NCBI GenBank assembly: GCA_002269645.1
Contig: NIVC01000868.1
Span: forward strand, 186,001 to 250,000
DNA from: Macrostomum lignano
Taxonomy: Eukaryota
Reading direction: 5' to 3'
Length of the DNA: 64,000 nt
In this document: positions 1 through 10,393 of the stretch, in pieces
How the letters are laid out: each line of letters begins with the position of its first letter
Position numbering within the stretch: the first letter of the stretch is position 1
Position numbers and translations under genes: made by a program
Notes under the pieces: generated by a model
What the model was told of the DNA's origin: nothing
Seen by the model: only the letters and a program-made list of their open reading frames with translations
Database searches by the model: none

Positions 1-184
1 GCCAGATAGTTGCAACTTCGCTTGCTTCTGCAGCCGTATGGCGCATGCAGAGATCGCGGAACGGCTCTTGAGCTTGCACGGCTCTGCTTCAGCAATTCTA
101 GATATTTCTCTGGCGCAGTTTTGTGTCTTTTGATGTCAGATTTGTATCGTGCTTTCCTGTATATCTTGGGCGACTTTTCTCGGT

Positions 185-709
185 GGACTGGCACAGTCGC
201 GCATAGGACTGGCACAATCGCACATAGGACTGGCACAATCGCGCATAGAACTGGCACAAGCGCGCATAGGTCTGGCACAAGCGCGCATAGGACTGGAACA
301 AGCGCGCATAGGACTGGCACAATCGCGCATAGGACTGGCACAGTCGCGCATAGGACTGGCACAATCGCATATAGGACTGGCACAAGCGCGCATAGGACTG
401 GCACAAGCGCGCATAGGACTGGCACAAGCGCGCATAGGACTGGAACAAGCGCGCATAGGACTGGCACAATCGCGCATAGGACTGGCACAAGCGCGCATAG
501 GACTGGCACAATCGCGCATAGGACTGGCACAAGCGCGCATAGGACTGGCACAAGCGCGCTTAGGACTGGCACAATCGCGCATAGGACTGGCACAAGCGCG
601 CATATAACTGGCACTTTCATAGGACTGGCACAAGCGCGCTTAGGACTGGCACAATCGCGCATAGGACTGGCACAAGCGCGCATATAACTGGCACTTTCAT
701 AGGACTGGC
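185..709. repeat. 21-bp minisatellite (GCATAGGACTGGCACAAGCGC and variants), about 24 copies
   Basis: Direct tandem repetition. The overlapping periodic ORFs (HRTGTSA)n are artefacts of it. Confidence 0.95.
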
Positions 710-1794
710 GTTCTCAATAATCGCTTAAATTCAATCAATCATAATAATGCACAGATTTCGGTTGCACAGGCATCGCACATACGAGTACCGGTATGTTCTG
801 CAAAACAAGGCGTTGAACAAGGCGTTTTATCTGTAAAATGCGCGCTTGTACCTGTGCACACATCGATCTGCGCTAATGTCGCGCGCTTATTCGGCTAATT
901 CTCACTCCATATTCCACGCTATGCCCCCTTCTCAGTGCTCTCATCTCTCAAGTCAAAATATTTCTCCTTCAATTCTTACCAGCCTGAGTCCTTGACAAGC
1001 GTAAGTTGAGCTGGACCCACTAACAGGTATTCAGCAGGCACTTGCACCGGGAGCAACCGGTAGCGGAAACCCCAGGCAGACACGGCATAAATCATGGCTC
1101 CGCTCTTAGAGACGCCTCAAAACTCACTGAGACCCAGCTTGCGGACAACGCTAACAGCCCCGGAATTTCCTCCATTTGAGCTCCCAGGGACGGCGCGGTC
1201 CTTCACCCGACACCGCACTGCAGTTTATAATAATAATATTTATGGATTACATGCAGCTTCTCACAAATCTTGCTGACCCTGGCAGCCTGCTGCCCCAGTT
1301 TGCCGACTGTGCAACTCGAGTAGAGACGGGGCCAGGCTAATTGAAATTTGAGACCACAGGCTCCCATTAGCTTTTCACTGAGGCCTGCTTTGACACTTGC
1401 TCCCCCTGCTGATTCACTGCTCTCTCTGTTTTGCCTCGGTGCTCACTGGCGCTTCCTGTTGTTCATTCAACAAGACTTATTCTACTCTAACTACTTCGAT
1501 TCTCCATGCAAATAGCAATATGCGAATAACTTTGAAAATTCTTCCAAATCCTGCAGGAGCGAATCCGGTCACCAGCCTCTGCTGCCAGCGAGAAAATTTC
1601 GAAGCTTTTGGACTCGTCGGCTGCAAAGGTAAGTTCTGAAATGCACCGGCTTTGTGCAAGCTGAGCAGCTCTTGGCCTCCTGGGCGCCTCATCTCACTTA
1701 GCAAGCTGTTCACCAGTTCCCAAGTTCTGAAGGAACACATGGAGCTGGCGGACACCGCCCTGGGCATCTTATCTTATTAAGGAAAGTATTCACC

Positions 1795-2890
1795 AGCTGC
1801 CCTGTTCCTTCAGGCCCGCCAGCTCTCCTTTTCCTTCAGGCCCGCCAGCTGCCCTGTTCCTTCAGGCCCGCCAGCTGCCCTGTTCCTTCAGGCCCGCCAT
1901 GCAGCTGCCCTGTTCCTTCAGGCCCGCCAGCTGCCCTGTTCCTTCAGGCCCGCCAGCTGCCCTGTTCCTTCAGGCCCGCCATGCAGCTGCCCTGTTCCTT
2001 CAGGCCCGCCAGCTGCCCTGTTCCTTCAGGCCCTCCAGTTCTCCCGTTCCTTCAGGCCCGCCAGCTGCCCTGTTCCTTCAGGCCCTCCAGTTCTCCCGTT
2101 CCTTCAGGCCCGCCAGCTGCCCTGTTCCTTCAGGCCCTCCAGTTCTCCCGTTCCTTCAGGCCCGCCAGCTGCCCTGTTCCTTCAGGCCCTCCAGTTCTCC
2201 CGTTCCTTCAGGCCCGCCAGCTCTCCCGTTGCTCGCCAGTTCTCCCGTTTCTTCAGGCCCGCCAGCTCTCCTTTTCCTTCAGGCCCGCCAGCTGCCCTGT
2301 TCCTTCAGGCCCGCCAGCTGCCCTGTTCCTTCAGGCCCTCCAGTTCTCCCGTTCCTTCAGGCCCGCCAGCTCTCCCGTTGCTCGCCAGTTCTCCCGTTCC
2401 TTCAGGCCCGCCAGCTGCCCTGTTCCTTCAGGCCCGCCATGCAGCTGCCCTGTTCCTTCAGGCCCGCCAGCTGCCCTGTTCCTTCAGGCTCGCCTGCTAT
2501 CCTGTTCCTTCAGGCTCGCCAGCTGCCCTGTTCCTTCAGGCTCGCCAGCTGCCCTGTTCTTTCAGGCCCTCCAGTTCTCCCGTTCCTTCAGGCCCTCCAA
2601 TTCTCCTGTTCCTTCAGGCCCTCCAGTTCTCCCGTTCCTTCAGGCCCGCCAGCTCTCCTGTTCCTTCAGGCTCGCCAGCTCTCCTGTTCCTTCAGGCTCG
2701 CCAGCTGCCCTGTTCCTTCAGGCCCTCCAGTTCTCCCGTTCCTTCAGGCCCTCCAATTCTCCTGTTCCTTCAGGCCCTCCAGTTCTCCCGTTCCTTCAGG
2801 CCCTCCAGTTCTCCCGTTCCTTCAGGCCCGCCAATTCTCCCGTTCCTCCAGGCCCGCCAGCTCTCCCGTTCCTCCAGGCCCGCCAGCTCT
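1795..2890 (+). repeat. 26-bp minisatellite (GCCCGCCAGCTGCCCTGTTCCTTCAG), about 40 copies, each containing a pyrimidine tract + CAG acceptor
   Basis: Tandem repetition. The last unit (...GTTCCTCCAG|GCCCGCCAGCTCTCTCGCC) runs directly into the homeobox exon at 2878. Confidence 0.95.
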
Positions 2891-3532
2891 CTCGCCCAAA
2901 CAGCGCACGCCCAGCGCCTCAGCCATTCAGCTCTTGACCATCGCCCAATTTCGACTCTCCAGCCCGGCGCCAGGCCCTGCATCCCGCCAGCCGTCTCGCC
3001 TGCCTCAGCCTCCGACATTCTGGATCTCCGCCTGAAGCCGCCGGCCGACGCCGCTGATGCCGAGGACGCGTTGCTGTCGCAACCCCAGCAGCTTTATCCG
3101 CAGAGCAGCGCCGATTGCAGCATCCCGCCAGCCTCGTCATCGACCAACTCGCCATCGTCGGCTTCCTCCAAGTCAGCCTGCGGCATCCTGGATCTCAGCC
3201 TGAAGCGGCTGGCAGATGCGGCGTCGCCGATGTCCCAGAAGCCGCAGCAGCAGCAGCAGGCCAGGCACCCAAAGCAGCAGCAGCAGAAGACGATCGCGAA
3301 GCCACAGAGGCAGAATTTCACAGACGTGCAGAACAGCCAGCTGCAGGGCTGGTTCTCCGAGCACCGGCAGAAGCCGTACCCCAGCACCGCGGACACGCAC
3401 CGGCTGGCCGAGCTCACCGGCCTGAGCTACCCGCAGGTGAAGAAGTGGTTCGCCAACAGGCGCATGCGGACAAAAACTCCCTGCGAGCTGCTGCCCGGAG
3501 ATGCGCAGTGCGGGGTGAGTCTGGCTGGCTGA
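2878..3532 (+). CDS. TALE-class homeobox transcription factor (main exon; 5' exon unresolved)
   Basis: Homeodomain about 3299-3475: RQNFTDVQNSQLQGWFSEHRQKPYPSTADTHRLAELTGLSYPQVKKWFANRRMRTK, with the three-residue loop extension and PYP of TALE proteins and WFAN in helix 3. Possible donor GTGAGT at 3515, otherwise stop at 3530-3532. Confidence 0.88.
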
Positions 3533-3734
3533 ACCAGCTGTTACTGAGCTTGCCAACCTTCAAGCTTGAGTCCCCGTGCTTTGTGTAAAATACCTTCAGA
3601 TAAATCTCCCGATTATACCTGACAGTCCCCATAGTTGTCTCCCTGGCTTGTATGCAGAAATTCCCACCGCAAATCCCGGGTTTTTATACTGTATTACAAT
3701 CCCCACTGAAAATCCGTGTTTTATACCAGAATCC

Positions 3735-4145
3735 TTGGTTTTTATATCAGAATACCACAGGTGAATCCCTGTGTTTTATATCAGAATCCCACAGGTGAAT
3801 CCCTGTGTTTTATATCAGAACCCCACAGGTGAATCCTTGAGTTTTATATCAGAACCCCACAGGTGAATCCCTGAGTTTTATATCAGAATCTCACAGGCGA
3901 ATCCCTGTGTTTTATATCAGAACCCCACAGGTGAATCCCTGTGTTTTATATCAGAATCCCACAGGTGAATCCCTGTGTTTTATATCAGAATCCCACAGGT
4001 GAATCCCTGTGTTTTATATCAGAATCCCACAGGTGAATCCCTGTGTTTTATATCAGAATCCCACAGGTAAATCCCTGTGTTTTATATCAGAATCCCACAG
4101 GTAAATCCCTGTGTTTTATATCAGAATCCCACAGGTAAATCCCTG
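3735..4145. repeat. 34-bp minisatellite (TTTATATCAGAATCCCACAGGTGAATCCCTGTGT), about 12 copies
   Basis: Period 34 seen directly. Each unit contains the inverted repeat CACAGG/CCTGTG. Confidence 0.93.
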
Positions 4146-4821
4146 GATTATAGAATGCAACAGAAATAGTAAACGGTGCTCACCCACCGAATCCCAAACC
4201 CACAGGAAATCCGCAGCAGCGGTCTGTCATCCGGCAAGGCCTCCCCTAGCAACTGGTCGCTGGCGGAATTCCGCTCAGAGAACTCGCCAGCCTAAGCGTC
4301 AGTAGTTTGGTCAGTAGTATGCTGCGCTCGCGCCTTCCAAGAACATGTGGTGCTCTAAAAATCGGAGTTTATTTGCGAGCTACTCGTAGAAAAAACTCAA
4401 AAAACCTTTGACTCCTCACAGCTCGACTCAAATCCGAGCTTAAGCGGTGCTTTTTGTGTCATTTTTGAAGCCATCAGTTGATTTTTGCGCGCGACTTCAA
4501 ACAGATTTCCTTGGTGTGCAATTTTTAAACAATATTTTAATATTTTAGTATTTAGCCAAGCATGCGCTACGCATAAGAATTCTCCTGCAATAATTCATGT
4601 TTTATCATTTTGTTTTCTCTTCGTCTTCTTGAAGTGCGTCGTAGTATAGTAGCTTTCAGCTGATGAGCTCGTTGCTTAAGTCCCACTCTTAATTCTTTTC
4701 AACCAACAGTGCACATCAATACACATCGGAGAAGTCAAACTCAGCTTTTGCGAGCCATGAATTTGTTAGAACTCTTCATTCTTGTGCGTTTCTTTTTTGC
4801 TGAAAGTCGCTATGGTCGCTC

Positions 4822-5190
4822 ATCCATCCACAGCTGTAAATCATCCATCCACAGCTGTAAATCATCCATCCACAGCTGTAAATCATGTATTCACAGCTGT
4901 AAATCATCCATCCACAGCTGTAAATCATGTATTCACAGCTGTAAATGATGTATCCACAGCTGTAAATGATGTATCCACAGCTGTAAATCATCCATCCACA
5001 GCTGTAAATCATCCATCCACAGCTGTAAATCATCCATCCACAGCTGTAAATCATCCATCCACAGCTGTAAATCATCCATCCACAGCTGTAAATCATCCAT
5101 ACACAGCTGTAAATCATCCATCCACAGCTGTAAATCATTCATCCACAGCTGTAAATCATGTATCCACAGCTGTAAATCATGTATCCACAG
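4822..5190. repeat. 21-bp minisatellite (CACAGCTGTAAATCATCCATC), about 17 copies
   Basis: Direct tandem repetition. Confidence 0.93.
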
Positions 5191-5517
5191 TTGTATTTCA
5201 CTTATTCACACCTGTAAATATAAATCTATTTATAGCTGAAAATAGTTTATCCACAGCTATAAATCATCTATATCTATCCGCATCTGTACAACAAATAGAA
5301 TAGTTATCGATCAGCTCCAATTTGAAAAGCTTGAGTCACAATACTTCAGTTTTCTGCAGTGGTTTCCAGCTGCAAGCTTTTTCTTCACCAACAACGAAGG
5401 CACATCGAATACATTGGATACTGAGGCTCATCAAGCTAGCAAGCAAGTCATCGGCATAGAATAAATATCAGTGGTTAATGGTTTGCCAGATTCGGTAACT
5501 CATATTTCTCAGGTGAC

Positions 5518-7536
5518 TCAGAGCTCGTCCTTCAAATCCTTGCCTCCCTCAGTCGGGGCGGCCGCATCCTCAACATCGAAGATGATGCGCTCCGCATCCA
5601 GGATGTCGCTCATGTACAGCACATTCGGGTCGCCTGTCCGCGCATCGCCGGGAAGCTCGGGCCGGAACTGCCTGTTAAACTCCACCAGGAAGCGCAGGGT
5701 CTCCACGTAGCCCTGGCTGGTGGCAGCGTCCGTCATGCGACTGGAGCGGACGCTGCCCGACTTCGTCACCATCAGCACCGACATGCCGGGCACCGACGCT
5801 GTCAGCCCCGTCAGCCCGGCGGACTTAAGAGCGTCCGGCTGGTCGGCCTGCGGCAACAGGGCGAAGTTGAAGTTCCGGATGAGCTTCCGGGACAGAACTT
5901 TGTGCAGCAGGGTCGGCTTGTCGTCCTCTGCGAGGGGTTGAAGGTTGAAGCTATTGAAGAGCTAAGTGGAGAAGTTCCGGCTTTTGCCAGGAGGGAATCT
6001 TATTTGAGGCATGCTGAAGGACGGCCGGATGACCTCAATGCTGATCTCCCCGTCCGTAATACCCTCTCCCGTCGCCAATACCCCTTCTCCCGTCGCCAAT
6101 ACCCATTCTCCCGTCCGCAATACCCCTTCTCCCGTCCCCAATACCCCTTCTACCGTCCCCAATACCCCTTCTCCCGTCCCCAATACCCATTCTCCCGTCC
6201 CCAATACCCATTCTCCCGTCGCCAATACCCCTTCTACCGTCCCCAATACCCCTTCTCCCGTCGCCAATACCTCTTCTCCCGTCCGCAATACCCCTTCTCC
6301 CGTCCCCAATACCCATTCTCCCGTCCCCAATACTCCTTCTACCGTCCCCAATACCCATTCTCCCGTCGCCAATACCTCTTCTCCCGTCGCCAATACCCCT
6401 TCTACCGTCCCCAATACCCCTTCTCCCGTCCCCAATACCCATTCTCCCGTCGCCAATACCCCTTCTACCGTCCCCAATACCCCTTCTCCCGTCGCCAATA
6501 CCTCTTCTCCCGTCCGCAATACCCCTTCTCCCGTCCCCAATACCGATTCTCCCGTCCCCAATACTCCTTCTACCGTCCCCAATACCCCTTCTCCCGTCGC
6601 CAATACCTCTTCTCCCGTCCGCAATACCCCTTCTCCCGTCCCAATACCCCTTCTCCCGTCGCCAATACCTCTTCTCCCGTCCCAATACCCCATTCTCCCG
6701 TCCCCAATATCCCTTCTACCGTCCCCAATACCCCTTCTACCGTCCCCAATGCCCCTTCTACCGTCGCCAATACCCCTTCTCCCGTCCCGTCCCCTCTCCT
6801 GTCAGTCCAGTCCAGTCTCTCATGGGCTCAAGGGCTAGCACTCACTAACGGTGAACAGCACGGTGAATCTTGATGGCTTGGAGGCGATTGCCTCTGACAG
6901 CAGGGTCTTTGTGTCCTTCTCGGAATTCAGAACCGTCAGAAAGTCGTCCGGCACGGAGGCGGCCGCGTGCTCCAGCGCCGCTCTGAAGCCATCGGTGTCC
7001 AGAAATTTCTGTTGCTTCCGGGTCTCCCAGCCGAAGGGCAGCGACCGAAAAAGTTACGGCTGGGGTCAAATTTCTGCAGATGGTATCGGGAAATTTATAC
7101 GAATATTTTGCTTTTACTAATACATTCCCTCCCTCAGGTACCAGCATGCTGAGCACCCCCCCCTCAGGTACCAGCAAACTGAGCACCCCTCCCTCAGGTA
7201 CCAGCATGCTGAGCACCCCTCCCTCAGGTACCAGCATGCTGAGCGCCTCCTTGTCTCCAACGTCGAGCATTCCGAACCGCACGAGTCCGCGCCACTCGCC
7301 CGCCAGCCGCTTGACCTCCGGGTCCAAGAAGCCGTCGTGCACGTAGAGAACCCAGGCCTGCTCGTCTTGCATTGCTGCGCTGCTGAGGTTGGCCGCCGAG
7401 AGGGCACAAAGTCCTGGTAGAGCCGATGCTCATTCAAGAAGACACTGCGCTTCAGGCTGCTCTGAGCTGCCGCAGAAGTCAGGAGCTGCAGCAGCAGCAG
7501 CGGCAGAAGCAGAGCGAGACTGAATTTATTCAGCAT
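5518..7536 (-). CDS. ER-resident thioredoxin-fold (PDI-like, no CxxC) protein with signal peptide and C-terminal KDEL; 3 exons; two apparent 1-bp deletions
   Basis: Exons 7536-7232, 7073-6846 and 5927-5518 with GT/AG ends. Signal peptide MLNKFSLALLLPLLLLQLLTSAAA. Thioredoxin-like segments VPLSAANLSSAAMQDEQAWVLYVHDG and TVLFTVKDDKPTLLHKVLSRKLIRNFNFALL. Ends KDLKDEL*. Exons 1 and 2 are each 1 nt short of phase, and adding one base to the runs at 7402-7404 and 7048-7052 restores the frame. Confidence 0.72.
6050..6786. repeat. 21-bp intronic minisatellite (CCCGTCGCCAATACCCCTTCT), about 35 copies
   Basis: Tandem repetition inside intron 2 of the KDEL gene. Confidence 0.95.
7127..7245 (-). repeat. 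30-bp repeat x4 spanning the exon-1 donor site of the KDEL gene
   Basis: CCCTCAGGTA recurs at 7131, 7161, 7191 and 7221. The minus-strand unit is CTCAGCATGCTG|GTACCTGAGGGAGGGGTG. Confidence 0.9.
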
Positions 7537-9193
7537 CGCCTCAGGCTTTCCACGCATTTCTGAGCAGGGGCCTCTCTATTGCACCGAGCCCCGTCTTGTC
7601 TTACTTAAGACCTCCAAATGCAGCGAGTGCTTATCTGCCCCTCCCCGTGAACGGGGCGGCAGTGTGGCGGGTTTGGCAGGCAGGGCAACCCAAACAGGCA
7701 GATTGGCAGACAAATGAGCTGCGCTGCCTCAGTCCGAGTGGCCACGTGGCTCGCGTGGGAATTCGCCACTTGCTTTCAGGCGAGTCATTTGACTCAAATT
7801 AGTTTGTTTGCAGCAGCGCCAAGCAGCTTCTATCGATCTCTCTTCCTCTCAATAGGATTTCTAACTCTGTCAGATATCGAGTAAATTAATTATCGCGCAA
7901 CGCCTCCCAATCTTAATTAAAAAATTAAAGTTATATTTTAATTTGTAAATTTGTAGGCATTTTTTCCGTTAGTAGCAGGAAACGTATTTTAAGTCGAAAT
8001 CAACAGAACAATCAAAGAATTCCTTTAAAAAAATCAATCAGGTGCTAGGGCTGCACTGTTCCCATGCGCTCCTTCGGTCCAGCCTGTTGGTTCCCAACAA
8101 GCCGCGCATCACCCAGTCGGATCAGCTGCTCATCCACTCCGGCCATCAATCCCAGCTCAGGCGGGCAGCAGCGGCTCTCAGAGCAGGCCTGAGCGCTTCT
8201 CCGCCCCGGCCATCAATCTTGGCCGAGTGGCGGCCGCCTCAATCAGTTTTGGGGCGCCGCCCAGAGGCTGCGGAATTCCCGAGGCCCCGAGCAGCAGCGG
8301 GGAGCAACGGGCCGGCAGCCTCCCCCCTGCCCCGGTCCAGCCTGTACTTTTAATCCCCTGCTCGGCCCATCGCTGACCGCCCTCCGGCTCAGAAAGCCTC
8401 GGCCATGTTCGGCTGTAAATTAAACTGGAACAAAAAACGTGAGCCGAGCGCTCAGCTTTGCCGAATTTCATATCCTGGACTTTCTCCAGCGGTGCCACAG
8501 CTGAGAGTAGATGGGGTCTGTGCAGCCAAATTATCTAGTTTTCGTCCCACCGAAAATACAAGCAGAATATTTTTGAAAATAATCTTCGCCAGCTAATAAA
8601 CATCTGAGTCGTTGTATTTCAAAATTAAACCATAAGTCGGATAGGAGAGTTCTGTACATCAGCAGGTTTCAGGCCGAGCTAAGGAGGGGGGGTTTCGCGG
8701 GGCAGCCGGAACAGCTGGGGCAGCTGGTAAAATTTTGCACGTGGCGCGTGGACCATGGCATAGATATGGGAATAGAACTAGAAGGGATTAAGTTACTGTC
8801 AGGCTGTCCTGTCTTACCGATCTGTTCAGCTTGGGCTGCTCATTAGACACGGAGGACTTACTTTTCCTACCTATGATCGATAGCGCAGGGAGGTGAATCG
8901 ATGTAATTGGATAGCACTGCACTGCACAGGGCCGCTTCATCCGCTTTCTCGAGTTGCTTTCCACTGAGGGGAGGGACGAGCTTCACGCACCGGCTCCTGT
9001 GAGCCCACGGTGCTGCACCCATGGCCAACTTCAGAGCTGAGAAATCAAATGAAAATTTAACTGATGAACGGATTGCCCTCAGAAGCTTAGCGCTTGGCAG
9101 TCCCAGTCGGAATTCAAGGCAGAACAGAATGTGAGCTAATATGGACAGTAGTCAGCATGCGAGGCAATGCAATCGCAGGTGCAGTCGGGCCCG

Positions 9194-9919
9194 CTACATC
9201 AGGCCGCACTTCTTCCCCGCTGCACCTTCGGCAGCTTCCGCACCCGCCGCTCCTGATGCGCCTGCACTCGCGCCGGAGGTTCCCGCCTTGTCCGTCTTGT
9301 CCGTTTTGTCTGTCTTGTCTGCTTTCTCCGCCTTCTTGTCCGCCTTCTCCGCCTTCTTGTCCGCCTTGCCCTTCTTCTTCTTGTCTCCAACCAGCGCCAT
9401 GTTGCGCTCCTTGTCCATCTGCAGCAGCTGGGCGAACAGCTCCGTGACGTTCACGTTCTCCTTTGCGGAAGTCTCGATGAAGCCGCAGCCCCACTTGTTG
9501 GCGATGGCGGCCCCCGTCTCCTTGCCGACCTCCCTGGCCGCCTCGTCGCACTTGTTGGCTACGAGCATCATGGGGATCTTAGCGATATCCGGGCCCTTGA
9601 TCTCCTTGATCTCGTTCACAATAGTGTTTAGCTCGACCAGGCTGGACCGCGATGTCACTGAGTACACCAGGATGAAGGCGTGGCTTTTGCTCATGCTGAG
9701 CCGCATCATTGCTGGGAATTGGTGCGATCCAGTTGTGTCCGTGATCTGCAACGTGCACACCTGCTTGTCATTGGTGATGACCTGCCGATACGTGTCCTCA
9801 ACGGTGGGCGTGTAGGCCTCTTTGAAGGTGCCCTTGATGAAGCGCTGCACCAGCGAGGACTTGCCGACGCCGGCGGAGCCGAAGACAGCCACTCGGTAGT
9901 CGTTGCTTTGCTCCGGCAT
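9194..9919 (-). CDS. DIRAS: DIRAS (Di-Ras) family small GTPase, intronless
   Basis: N-terminus [14 protein letters not shown] as in DIRAS1/2; P-loop GSAGVGKS; switch I PTVEDTY; DTTGSHQF; NKCD; ETSAK; CAAX CGLM. Confidence 0.95.
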   Translation of the reverse strand: MPEQSNDYRVAVFGSAGVGKSSLVQRFIKGTFKEAYTPTVEDTYRQVITNDKQVCTLQITDTTGSHQFPAMMRLSMSKSHAFILVYSVTSRSSLVELNTIVNEIKEIKGPDIAKIPMMLVANKCDEAAREVGKETGAAIANKWGCGFIETSAKENVNVTELFAQLLQMDKERNMALVGDKKKKGKADKKAEKADKKAEKADKTDKTDKTDKAGTSGASAGASGAAGAEAAEGAAGKKCGLM

Positions 9920-10162
9920 GGGGGCGAAGTCCGCTGTTGTTGAACTGCGGGCGGTTGGGTTTACAGCGCTCGTAGTCAGTCCGCAGTTACGAGACCGCTA
10001 GGATTGCGGATTGAAGATTGGATTGAGGATTGCGTGCGTGCTCGTGGTTAACAATTTGCAGTTTGCTCTGCCGCAAATCAACGCCCAAGCCCGTCACGCA
10101 GCCAGCGAGGAGACCAGCTGATATGGCCCCTGAGTTCCCCTCACATGCACTGCAAGTCCTCT

Positions 10163-10393
10163 GCAGGTACTTCAGTTACTCCCATAGTCCTATGCAAGTA
10201 CTTCAGTTACTCCCATAGTCCTATGCAAGTACTTCAGTTACTCCCATAGTCCTATGCAAGTACTTCAGTTACTCCCATAGTCCTCTGCAGGTACTTCAGT
10301 TAATCCCATAGTCCTCTGCAGGTACTTCAGTTAATCCCATAGTCCTCTGCAGGTACTTCAGTTACACCCATAGTCCTATGCAAGTACTTCAGT
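10163..10393. repeat. 31-bp minisatellite (GTACTTCAGTTACTCCCATAGTCCTATGCAA), about 7 copies
   Basis: Direct tandem repetition. Confidence 0.9.

Noticed and set aside
10-687. Long periodic ORFs over minisatellites (also 1899-3035, 4776-5303, 5902-6873, 27294-28216, 33152-34032, 34910-35758, 44217-44948, 60071-60481, 60730-61227)
   Set aside because: They are open in several frames and on both strands because the repeat unit lacks stops, and they have no domain content.
1397-1785. Candidate upstream exons of the homeobox gene (donor GTAAGT at 1629; MELADTALGILSY* at 1739)
   Set aside because: Several phase-compatible models exist, and the ATG model needs an indel or a stop removed. It cannot be resolved without transcripts.
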